Virus record (IMG/VR): IMGVR_UViG_3300022925_000008
Location: 67,198 to 131,197 of that record
Strand: one strand, 5' to 3'
Origin: a virus
Length of the DNA stretch: 64,000 nucleotides
Shown one piece after another: positions 25,216 through 33,689 of this stretch. Position numbers and translations under genes: made by a program. Under the pieces are notes generated by a model. The model worked only from the letters and a program-made list of their open reading frames with translations, was not told the DNA's origin and made no database searches. Each line of letters begins with the position of its first letter. Position 1 is the first letter of the stretch.

Positions 25216-26154
25216 TTAATTCCTGTATATAAATTCAATTGCACCATTTGCTTCAATCTCTAATGGTCTATTATCATACCACTTTCCTGTATCATTATCA
25301 AGCTCTCTACACATATCCGCGATTTCTTTCGGGGAAATGGGATATTCTGCTTTAATAGCATTTGCTGCTATCGCCACCATAATTTGGTACATTTTAGAAT
25401 ACCATCCTGTTCCGGTGATTGACATATATTCTTGTGCCAAACGTTTGGGGAAGAAAGGGCAGTCTCGATAAGATGTCCAGTGTACATCTATATTTTGTGA
25501 CTGTTCTTTCCTATAAGAAACAACCTGTTCTCTAAGCGCTGACGGCAGACGGTCAAGGAACGAGCTAGACTTTGCCGTTTGATATTCCCAAGCACTCATT
25601 AAGTCGTCAGGATTTATATGACGACCTTCGTTTTTAAAGAAAAAATTGAAAGCATTTGGGTATTCTGCTGGCACATAATACATCCTCGATAAATCTTTAG
25701 TCTGTTTATCTCCAATACCTTTCAGTTGTTTATTCAAAGCGAACCAGAAGTGAGGTATTTCTTCTGAGGTTATTTCTCGAGTCATCGGAAACACCAAACG
25801 AAACTTGGGGGTAATGGGCGTACTACTAGCAGTAGAATAACACACAAACTGATATTGACCACAGATTTGTTGAAGTGTAGGTTCTAAGACGCTAGGCACA
25901 ATACCAAAATCATCAAAGTCGTCCACATCAACAGCAGCCCAACTGCCCCAACAAGTAACGTTTTTATTAGACCGAGTGCTGGATTCAATATAACGAGCAG
26001 GACTAATAAGAGGAGAAGAATTGTTTCCACCTTTTTCACCATTTTTCTTTGATAAATTTAAAAGCATCTTCTCAAACTCATTCCAAGTTTCAAAAGATAA
26101 TACGCGGTGCGTTTTATTGTCGAAAGCGTTTTTGAATAAAGTAAGCGAATACAT
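25216..26154 (-). CDS. AEP-superfamily primase-polymerase-like protein
   Basis: AAVDVDD (DxD), YSTAS...PKFRLVFP, D.QTKDLSRMYY, and a C-terminal helical (PriCT-like) region. Confidence 0.6.
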   Translation of the reverse strand: MYSLTLFKNAFDNKTHRVLSFETWNEFEKMLLNLSKKNGEKGGNNSSPLISPARYIESSTRSNKNVTCWGSWAAVDVDDFDDFGIVPSVLEPTLQQICGQYQFVCYSTASSTPITPKFRLVFPMTREITSEEIPHFWFALNKQLKGIGDKQTKDLSRMYYVPAEYPNAFNFFFKNEGRHINPDDLMSAWEYQTAKSSSFLDRLPSALREQVVSYRKEQSQNIDVHWTSYRDCPFFPKRLAQEYMSITGTGWYSKMYQIMVAIAANAIKAEYPISPKEIADMCRELDNDTGKWYDNRPLEIEANGAIEFIYRN

Positions 26155-26160
26155 CATATT

Positions 26161-26210
26161 ATTATACGATATTGTTTATCAAAAAGCAACTGCATATAAG
26201 TTATTGATAA
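26161..26210 (-). promoter_or_regulatory. Early-type promoter: IHF-like box + TATAAT
   Basis: TTATCAATAACTTA, 30 nt, TATAAT. Confidence 0.75.
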
Positions 26211-26212
26211 TA

Positions 26213-28648
26213 CTAGAAATAATCATCAAGGGTTGCTTTTGGTTCATCTTCCCATCCTATAGCTTCTAGGATAGGTTTGAGTGGATCTAAAAAACTTTTG
26301 TCATACATTGTATCATAATCAACGTAACGGTGCAGTTTAAGTTCTGTTGGTAGTCTTTCGGGGAAAGAAATAATATTCTCTCTGATGTGGTTGGGGGTTT
26401 TGAGATAAAGATATTTAATCTTTGTACCATCATCAATCATTTCGTATTTTTTCTCGATCCCTTCTTTCTTGACGTGGTAATTATATAGTAATGCACCACG
26501 AGAATGCATTGGTGTGCCCTTACCATAAATCATTTGGCGGTCTTGGTATTTCTTTATCGCTCTTACTGTACGGGGAAATGCTATTTTTTCTGGTTCAAGT
26601 GTTCTGAATTCTGACCGAAAATCTCGAATAAATTTCTGAGCATCTTTTTCTTGACCATTTAGCAAAACATTAAAAACTTCTTTAAACTTATCGCGACAGA
26701 TCTGAGGCGTCGAAGATTTTATTGCTTCAATCCCCATAATCTTGAGCTTGGGTTCATCGTACTGTACACCTTCTGAATTATGCACCTGAAGAATGTATCG
26801 TTTCTTGGCAGTCCAGATACCACGATCAGCGATTACCTCTCGCTTCATTACCATTCTATTCTCATAGGCATTGGTTTCAATTGCTTGATACTTGTACGCG
26901 CTGGCAATTGTTTTCTCGAAATGCTCACAAACATGGTCAAGAAATTTGACGGGGTTGGCGGGGCGATGCTCTTTAACCAAATCGTTCATATTGATATATA
27001 CTGAATCAGTATCAATGGCAATGACGTAATCTTTCTTAGTACCGAGCAGAGTTTGTAACTCATCGTTTACTGCTTTCTCGGCACACAATATTGCCCGTTG
27101 ACCCGAGGTAGTAATCGCCTCAGCGATCTTAAGATCAAAATATCTAAAGTATTGATTAGCGAGTGCACCATAAAGAGAGTTCATAAGAATCTTCACTGCC
27201 ATCTGAGTATTATCTTGAATGGTCACTTCGTTGGCAAGTCGTTTGGTGGGGTTCTTGTTATATTCTTTCTGTGCGTCGAGCATTTTATTTTTGGCGGTCA
27301 CTCGATCACCATAAAACTTTTTGATTACCTTCGGTATGATACCTTCAATATCTTTTCGGTAACGACTACCGTTTGCCGCCATTGTGAAGTCGCCTTCTTC
27401 CTCGTATGTAAGGGTCTCTGGTGACATGTTATACTGCACAATAATATTAGGATAAAGAGAATTCAAATCAAAAGAACAAACCCATTCATGCATACCAATC
27501 TGAGGTTCTTTGACATATCCGCCAACGATATTCTCTTTCTCTTTATATTCTTTGGGCGGAACAATGATATTTTCTTTTAGGAGTTCATTGTAAATAACAG
27601 AGTCCCATATAGTCGTTGTTCCAAACGCATCATTATAATTACATTTTGCTTTGTACGCCATAGTCATAGCGAGAGTAATCAATCCCATTTTCTCTTCAAG
27701 GCGATCAACAAGTTCAACATCTTTAATGTTATAGTCAATAAACTTCTGATGGTCTTCGCGATATAGGTTATGCAAATTACCAAATTCTTCGTAAGATAAT
27801 TTATTTTCGCCAAGAACCTGATATGCAATATGGTCCAATTTGAATGATTCTTGTTGCCCGTAAGTTAACACACCAAATTTTTGAAATAGATCATAGTAGT
27901 CTAAACTGGCAATGCCTTCAATTTCATAAGTGATTGCGTCTTGCCCCATGCGAGTGTGAAACTTACGTTCCTTAACCAAACCCCATGGCGAAAGTTTCTT
28001 GACGCAATCATTACCTAACAAACTACCAATGCGGTTCACTAGATATGGAATGTCAAACAATTTTGTATTCCACCCAGTTATGACGTCAGGGCAGTTCTCG
28101 TGTGTTGCCCACCAGTCAGTAAACTTTAGAAGCAAATCAACCTCGGAAGTTGCCTGATAATATGCCACTGTTTTGTCAGAAAGGGTGTTATCATATTCAC
28201 CCAGACCCCACACGTAGAAAGTGTCAGAAAGATTAGACTTGCAACCAATTGCGGTAACTTCGTGCTTTGCTTCTTCTGGGTTTGGAAACCCCTGATCAGA
28301 TTGAACCTCGATATCAACGCTCATCACATTAATCTTATCTCGGTCAAACTTTATTTCGTATGGGTATTTCTCTGCCAAATATTGTGTGACAAAATTAGTC
28401 ATACCATATATGGTAAAGTTTGTCACGTCTTGATAACGCTTGATAAAATCAGACGCTTCTCTGAGAGAGTCAAACTCTACGGGTTCAACCATATTCCCAT
28501 AAAGGGATTTGTATTTACCGTTCGCTTTGGGCGTTTCAATAAACAGTTTGGGTTTGAATGGGATTTTCTGGGAAATTTTTTTGCCGTCTTTATATCCTCG
28601 AAAAAGAATATTATTTCCTACGCGGCACACATTGGTATAAAAATTCAT
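26213..28648 (-). CDS. gp43: Family B DNA polymerase (T4 gp43)
   Basis: DIEV exonuclease motif, SFDLNSLYP, KILMNSLYG, IDTDS; 811 aa with no intein-sized insert. Confidence 0.97.
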   Translation of the reverse strand: MNFYTNVCRVGNNILFRGYKDGKKISQKIPFKPKLFIETPKANGKYKSLYGNMVEPVEFDSLREASDFIKRYQDVTNFTIYGMTNFVTQYLAEKYPYEIKFDRDKINVMSVDIEVQSDQGFPNPEEAKHEVTAIGCKSNLSDTFYVWGLGEYDNTLSDKTVAYYQATSEVDLLLKFTDWWATHENCPDVITGWNTKLFDIPYLVNRIGSLLGNDCVKKLSPWGLVKERKFHTRMGQDAITYEIEGIASLDYYDLFQKFGVLTYGQQESFKLDHIAYQVLGENKLSYEEFGNLHNLYREDHQKFIDYNIKDVELVDRLEEKMGLITLAMTMAYKAKCNYNDAFGTTTIWDSVIYNELLKENIIVPPKEYKEKENIVGGYVKEPQIGMHEWVCSFDLNSLYPNIIVQYNMSPETLTYEEEGDFTMAANGSRYRKDIEGIIPKVIKKFYGDRVTAKNKMLDAQKEYNKNPTKRLANEVTIQDNTQMAVKILMNSLYGALANQYFRYFDLKIAEAITTSGQRAILCAEKAVNDELQTLLGTKKDYVIAIDTDSVYINMNDLVKEHRPANPVKFLDHVCEHFEKTIASAYKYQAIETNAYENRMVMKREVIADRGIWTAKKRYILQVHNSEGVQYDEPKLKIMGIEAIKSSTPQICRDKFKEVFNVLLNGQEKDAQKFIRDFRSEFRTLEPEKIAFPRTVRAIKKYQDRQMIYGKGTPMHSRGALLYNYHVKKEGIEKKYEMIDDGTKIKYLYLKTPNHIRENIISFPERLPTELKLHRYVDYDTMYDKSFLDPLKPILEAIGWEDEPKATLDDYF

Positions 28649-28736
28649 AGAGTAATTCTACTACATTATATAATGAGAAACAAGTGGTCCGGACGTTTTT
28701 TTTTATTAGGGAAAACGCCGGCAAAACCTTATTAGA

Positions 28737-28877
28737 TTACATCAAATAATCTGCCGTGAAAGGCATCGGCACCATCTGATGTTGCTCAGGAGTATAAAAG
28801 AATGGCGCGGCCATTCCTCCGACGATTAGAAATACAAACAGCGCGATTCCTGTTGCTTCTTTTATTTTCTTAATCAT
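28737..28877 (-). CDS. 46-aa membrane peptide (not in ORF track)
   Basis: MIKKIKEATGIALFVFLIVGGMAAPFF...; ATGA coupling. Confidence 0.55.
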   Translation of the reverse strand: MIKKIKEATGIALFVFLIVGGMAAPFFYTPEQHQMVPMPFTADYLM

Positions 28878-29026
28878 CTTTTCTCCTTGACATACCAGTT
28901 GCGGCACTCTTGTACTGATTCAGAAACACCATCCAAAACTTCTTGAGCACAACGCTCATCGAGTTTACGATTACTGTCTCCGACTAGAAGGATACCGACT
29001 AGTGTCATCGCAATTATCATACCCAT
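28874..29026 (-). CDS. 50-aa signal-anchored peptide with two Cys (not in ORF track)
   Basis: MGMIIAMTLVGILLVGD...RCAQE...ECRNW. Confidence 0.55.
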   Translation of the reverse strand: MGMIIAMTLVGILLVGDSNRKLDERCAQEVLDGVSESVQECRNWYVKEKR

Positions 29027-29151
29027 TAGAAGTACCAACTAATGGTGATCATAATGGGTGCTATTGCGAGTACGCCAAACAGTTGCGCAATTGCAACCAT
29101 CTGGTCTTTTTTAGAGGAAATCCATTCCTCGCTTGTTGCTAAGTTTTTCAT
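29026..29151 (-). CDS. 41-aa membrane peptide (not in ORF track)
   Basis: MKNLATSEEW...MVAIAQLFGVLAIAPIMITISWYF; SD AAGGA. Confidence 0.55.
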   Translation of the reverse strand: MKNLATSEEWISSKKDQMVAIAQLFGVLAIAPIMITISWYF

Positions 29152-29161
29152 TTGAGTGTCC

Positions 29162-29590
29162 TTAATGAGAATTAATTTCTATTTTTCTCGGACGCTTCTC
29201 TTCGGGTAGTTCCACTCTGAGTTTAATCACTAGTAGTCCATTGACGAATTCAGCTCCATCAACGACAACGTGGTCTGCGAGTCGAAATGTTTCCACGAAT
29301 TTCTTCGTAGTAATCCCTTTGTGAAGATACTCTTTGGTATCCTCTTCAGGGTTGCCCCGAATTACTAGAACTCCAGGCTTTGCCTCGATATCTAGGTCTT
29401 TCTTTTTGTAACCACCAAGTGCAAATTCCATGGCGTATTCCGTGTCAGAATATTTGATAATATTGTGACGAGGAAAACCCTTCTCATTTGCGCCAGCGGC
29501 AGTTAGTCTTTCTATCTCATCCCATACGTGGTCGAAACCAATGAAACGAGAGTGGGGGAACGAAAACACTTTTGTTCGTGTATTAACCAT
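29162..29590 (-). CDS. hsp20: Small heat-shock protein Hsp20 (IbpA-like)
   Basis: FPRHNIIK, EFALGG, YLHKGI..KKF...F.LAD, A...NGLL.I.L. Confidence 0.93.
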   Translation of the reverse strand: MVNTRTKVFSFPHSRFIGFDHVWDEIERLTAAGANEKGFPRHNIIKYSDTEYAMEFALGGYKKKDLDIEAKPGVLVIRGNPEEDTKEYLHKGITTKKFVETFRLADHVVVDGAEFVNGLLVIKLRVELPEEKRPRKIEINSH

Positions 29591-29693
29591 TGCTATCTCC
29601 TTATTTAATTAAGCAAGATTGTTGTCTATCGATCGGACAATTCCGCATCGACACTTCTATATATACTACTTTTTTATAAGAATAGCAACAGGT

Positions 29694-30101
29694 TTATGTT
29701 TTATTTCCGATATTGTATTTGGGGCACAATTCCCACTGATTTTTTTCTTTGTGCGAAATAATTTTTATTTGTCTGAGCGGAGCGCATTCTGTGACTTTAG
29801 ATTTGTCATCAATTTGTATAAGACCCCAATCAGAAAGCAGTTGAGCAATGCTGTTACGGCGAAACAAATCATTTTCTTCTAGATTAGATTTTTTACCGTC
29901 TAATAAAAAAAGTTCTTTAAAATGAACGATGAAGTACCTGCCTTGTTTGTGCAGAATATGACAAGATTGATACAATTTATTATCTTTTCGTGAAGCAACG
30001 CCGATACGGGTCAGTGTTTCTCTAACTTTTAGAAAATCGTCGGGTTCGTTCAGCGTCACTTCCAGCATCTCTGCTGGTGTCCAAAGTTTAGTTTCTTCCA
30101 C
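29694..30101 (-). CDS. regA: Translational repressor RegA
   Basis: DFLKVRETLTRIG, LYQSCHILHKQGRYFIVHFKELF. Confidence 0.96.
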   Translation of the reverse strand: MEETKLWTPAEMLEVTLNEPDDFLKVRETLTRIGVASRKDNKLYQSCHILHKQGRYFIVHFKELFLLDGKKSNLEENDLFRRNSIAQLLSDWGLIQIDDKSKVTECAPLRQIKIISHKEKNQWELCPKYNIGNKT

Positions 30102-30468
30102 CTTTATACACCTTTTTCTTAATTTCTGCGACTTGATTCGGTGTTAAAAGAGAAAGTGCTGAATGCGCTTTTTCGTTGCTGTATCCATAATACTCTTTGA
30201 TAACTTCCAAATCAGTTTCTTCGATTGGTTTCGTCCACTTGGAGAAACGTTTTCGTTTTCTGACTATATTTAGTAAAAAATGAAATTGTAGTTTATTGTC
30301 TAGTTGACTGTATCTATTCATTTCATTTGCAACAGCAACAGTGTCTGGAAAATAAGATAATTGTCTATTGACAATATAAGGGAGATAACTTTTTTCTACA
30401 TCATCATTCATAATATCGACTTTTGTATAATTAATAGAATTAACAAAATCAAATGGGTTCATTATCAC
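30088..30468 (-). CDS. gp62: Clamp loader small subunit
   Basis: YLPYIVNRQLS, KRKRFSKW, IKEYYGYS; adjacent to regA. Confidence 0.92.
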   Translation of the reverse strand: MIMNPFDFVNSINYTKVDIMNDDVEKSYLPYIVNRQLSYFPDTVAVANEMNRYSQLDNKLQFHFLLNIVRKRKRFSKWTKPIEETDLEVIKEYYGYSNEKAHSALSLLTPNQVAEIKKKVYKGGRN

Positions 30469-31450
30469 TTCCTACATTATTTAATTTATTTACTTGCTCT
30501 TGGGTCATCTTCTGACGTTTTAACAGTTCGCCGTTTTTACTGCGCCATCCTAAAATACTAGCATAAGCACCTTTCTTTAACCATTTTGGGCGAGATTTTT
30601 TGCTACCAGGAGCATTTGGTTGATTCAAGTTTTTCGAAGATTCTTGTTTCTGCTTTATGGTTGGGTCGTCTATAATCAGAATTTCTTTAGTTGCAACAGC
30701 AGAAGGCGTTTCTTCTTTCTTTGTTACTATTCCTTTGGTACTAGCAATCAACAAAACAACTGCCAAAGGGTCAAAGACAAATACCAGAGAAAGTATAACT
30801 GCTCTTACTGCCTTGTCATAATAACTCGACGCCTGTTCGCCATATACCAACTCAGCAATATATTTAATTGCCCCAATTTCTAACTCGAAGGCAATTTTCT
30901 CTTTCTCTAATTCTAGCGCATTTTCCTGTAAAACTTCAAGGGAATCTGATATTTCTTCTCGAGTAGATTCTAAACGCGATCGCTCTTCTTTCTGATCGTC
31001 TCTAGCATTTAATCCTCTTGTGACAAACCCGCGCGAAATATATTCTTCAAGGGCAGCGTCTAAAGAATCTAATTGAGCATCAATTGCTGTTATTTTTCTA
31101 GTTTCCGAAGAAATCTTTCGCTGCAGGTTCTCAAGTTTAACATCATTATTTGATGACTTGGTTTCTTGCTCGAGGTGTGCTTTGGACAGATATCCAAAAA
31201 TTCCCATGCTGGTGATAAACATCAAAACAATTACTGCAGAGGTTAGGTATGTTTTGATTGGAATACTAATTTTCTTCCATTCAAGATGCAACCACGCAGC
31301 AGTAACTAGCTTGCCGACTTCTAATGATCCTGCCATTATTATCACCGACCAATACGCGCCAGGAAATATTGTAGATAATCCCACAATTGAGAAAAATGCA
31401 GCAATAGACGCTAAGGATATTGATGTTATAAATGCGAGATAATTAATCAT
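30449..31450 (-). CDS. Multi-TM coiled-coil membrane protein
   Basis: Three N-terminal TM segments, a long coiled coil, then VFDPLAVVLL TM; inserted between gp44 and gp62. Confidence 0.75.
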   Translation of the reverse strand: MINYLAFITSISLASIAAFFSIVGLSTIFPGAYWSVIIMAGSLEVGKLVTAAWLHLEWKKISIPIKTYLTSAVIVLMFITSMGIFGYLSKAHLEQETKSSNNDVKLENLQRKISSETRKITAIDAQLDSLDAALEEYISRGFVTRGLNARDDQKEERSRLESTREEISDSLEVLQENALELEKEKIAFELEIGAIKYIAELVYGEQASSYYDKAVRAVILSLVFVFDPLAVVLLIASTKGIVTKKEETPSAVATKEILIIDDPTIKQKQESSKNLNQPNAPGSKKSRPKWLKKGAYASILGWRSKNGELLKRQKMTQEQVNKLNNVGSDNEPI

Positions 31451-32385
31451 TACTTCATATTTATATTCGCCATGACTTCAGTTAGACACGCAACCACGTT
31501 TAATTCATGATCTGCAACAAAAGCATTCTTGTACTGATAATCTGCTAAGATCAACACAAGTTGTGGAATTGATGCTGAGTCAACTTTGTCATACATATTA
31601 TCATATATGCTGCGAAATATAGAAGAGGCGTCTACGTCAATATTATTGACAACCCACGTTCTCATCTTCTTGAAATCTTTATCCGCAAGAGATTTGAACA
31701 AGAGTTCGTAGTTTGAACTTTCTACATTTAAAGAAATATTCAACACACCGCCCACAGAAGCTCTTTGTATTTCATTAAGAACCCTGCGCCAGTCTGGAGC
31801 ATGTTTTATAATAAGGTCCGCAATCGGTTTGGTCTGACCTTTATCGGAAATGCCTTCTTTTGCTAGAATGTCCATAACTCGATTCAACATCTGTTCGCAC
31901 AGCTTCGCCATGTCTTTCTTTGTTGTATTGAATTCATAGACGCCACAGCGAGAATGTAGCGGTTCGATGATGCGGTTCTTAAAATTGCAGGTAAGAATAA
32001 ACCGACAGTTATCTGAAAACTCTTCAATGAACCCGCGTAGGGCAGGTTGCGTTGATTGGGGGTTCAGATAATCTGCCTCGTCTAGAATCACGACTTTAAA
32101 ATCGCCTTGTAGAGAAACCGAAGACGCGAACCGTTTTATTTTGCCTCGCAGTGTGTCAATATTCCCTTCTTCCGAACCATTAACTATGATATAATCGAGA
32201 TGAAGTTCGTTACAAAGAGCCTTGGCAACCGTGGTCTTACCGGTTCCTGCGCTACCAGTAAATAACATGTTGGGCAATTCGCCGCTAGAAACAATCTCAG
32301 AAAATGTCTTCTTCAGTTTTACGGGAAGAATGACATCTTGAATTTTTTGCGGTCTATATTTTTCGACAAGTAGAAAAGAATCCAT
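31450..32385 (-). CDS. gp44: Clamp loader large subunit (AAA+)
   Basis: VEKYRP, GSAGTGKTT, ILDEAD, SRC. Confidence 0.96.
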   Translation of the reverse strand: MDSFLLVEKYRPQKIQDVILPVKLKKTFSEIVSSGELPNMLFTGSAGTGKTTVAKALCNELHLDYIIVNGSEEGNIDTLRGKIKRFASSVSLQGDFKVVILDEADYLNPQSTQPALRGFIEEFSDNCRFILTCNFKNRIIEPLHSRCGVYEFNTTKKDMAKLCEQMLNRVMDILAKEGISDKGQTKPIADLIIKHAPDWRRVLNEIQRASVGGVLNISLNVESSNYELLFKSLADKDFKKMRTWVVNNIDVDASSIFRSIYDNMYDKVDSASIPQLVLILADYQYKNAFVADHELNVVACLTEVMANINMK

Positions 32386-32414
32386 AATTACTCCTAAACA
32401 TAATATAATATACT

Positions 32415-32443
32415 AAAAGGCGCGACAGGGCAAGCCCTGTCGC
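32415..32443 (-). terminator. Hairpin terminator
   Basis: GCGACAGGG-CTTG-CCCTGTCGC followed by GCCTTTT. Confidence 0.7.
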
Positions 32444-32468
32444 TATTCAACAACGGAGTAATTGAAAT

Positions 32469-32699
32469 TTATTCCACCGGAGCAGGATCCTCGAATCCGA
32501 ACTCAGATTGGGCGTTCTCTACTAATTGGATCATTGCAATGCATTGATCGCGAAGTTGTCCGATTGTCGCTAATTCTTCACCACGAAACCCACCGCGAGC
32601 AGCAACTGTATCAATAACAGCAACTGTACTTCGCGTGATTCTGTTGGCGAGATCTACCATTTCTTCAATTTGTTCATTTTCCATTATTTTATTCTCCAT
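32469..32699 (-). CDS. Small helical protein, paralog of 33388-33630
   Basis: IDTVAARGGFRGEELATIGQLRD. Confidence 0.7.
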   Translation of the reverse strand: MENKIMENEQIEEMVDLANRITRSTVAVIDTVAARGGFRGEELATIGQLRDQCIAMIQLVENAQSEFGFEDPAPVE

Positions 32700-33363
32700 A
32701 TGAACTTGTTTTCTCAAGGGCACACCAATACTCGATTGACGTTTGTTTATTAACAAAATGTGAAATCAACTTAGAAGAAATATTAACATCATAATCTCCG
32801 TCAATCATCTTAAGATTACGAATATCGAAAATGAAGTTAAAGTTTTCTTCTGTGAAAGTTCCAGCAATATCAATCGAAAAAGCATTTGATGTTTTGTCAT
32901 TATTATCCAATACCGACAAACAAAGAACATTATCTTTTGCTGAGATTGACATCTCAGTATGCCCTAGGACGGAAGAAGCCTTTCGAACCCGACTCAAAGT
33001 GTCTTGAGTCAAAGTAAAGGAAACGTCCGTCGAAGGCATTTTAATATCCTTTGCTGGTTTTGTCAGAACTTCGAGGTCAGAATAAAAATATTTAATTCTT
33101 GACGTGCCGACCAAGTCTCCAACGACAACGTAATTCTCTTCGAATTGCAGTCTTGGTTGGTCGACTAATGATAGCACACTAAGAAACTCATTAAGATCAT
33201 AAATACCAAACGTGAATGGAAACTCAACGTCTAGTGTAGATGAACTCAAAAGGTTTCTTGCCTCTGAAATTGTCTTGAGAGTATTACCCTCAGTAATGAC
33301 TATGTTTGGATTAATTGACGAATAGTTCCTAAGAACCTGCATCGTTGTTTCAGTAAGTTGCAT
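32689..33363 (-). CDS. gp45: Sliding clamp
   Basis: T..VL.NYSSINPNI, FGIYDLNEFLSVLSL, IEYWCALE. Confidence 0.94.
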   Translation of the reverse strand: MQLTETTMQVLRNYSSINPNIVITEGNTLKTISEARNLLSSSTLDVEFPFTFGIYDLNEFLSVLSLVDQPRLQFEENYVVVGDLVGTSRIKYFYSDLEVLTKPAKDIKMPSTDVSFTLTQDTLSRVRKASSVLGHTEMSISAKDNVLCLSVLDNNDKTSNAFSIDIAGTFTEENFNFIFDIRNLKMIDGDYDVNISSKLISHFVNKQTSIEYWCALEKTSSYGE

Positions 33364-33387
33364 AATATAATTTTCCAAAAAGGGGGT

Positions 33388-33630
33388 TTATTCAGATGGA
33401 GTCTCTTCTTCTGTTGGTGCCTCTTCCTGCGGGGGCATGGTTGCTTGTACGAAACTGGCCAAGCGGTTTCGGAAACTGCCAACCATTTCGAGCTCATCGC
33501 CCTTTACAGCACCACGCTGACTCATCGCATCAATAAAATTGACGGCATTAGCGATATCCACCAAAGAAAGACCTGGTTCTTGCGGGGCGGATACTTCTTC
33601 TTCTACTGCTACTACTTCTTCTTCACTCAT
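33388..33630 (-). CDS. Small acidic helical protein, paralog of 32469-32699
   Basis: IDAMSQRGAVKGDELEMVGSFRN. Confidence 0.7.
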   Translation of the reverse strand: MSEEEVVAVEEEVSAPQEPGLSLVDIANAVNFIDAMSQRGAVKGDELEMVGSFRNRLASFVQATMPPQEEAPTEEETPSE

Positions 33631-33689
33631 TGTTTACTCCTGTTGTTATAACGAGTTTATTTCTATTTTACTATAATGTATTCTCAATA

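Noticed and set aside
28686-28722. Imperfect hairpin upstream of gp43 as an autogenous translational operator
   Set aside because: It lies upstream of the likely -10 (28665-28670), so it is probably not in the gp43 mRNA.
29625-29652. Hairpin upstream of hsp20 as an RNA thermometer
   Set aside because: The stem does not include the SD (AAGGAG) and has no ROSE or fourU signature; may be a weak terminator or leader hairpin.
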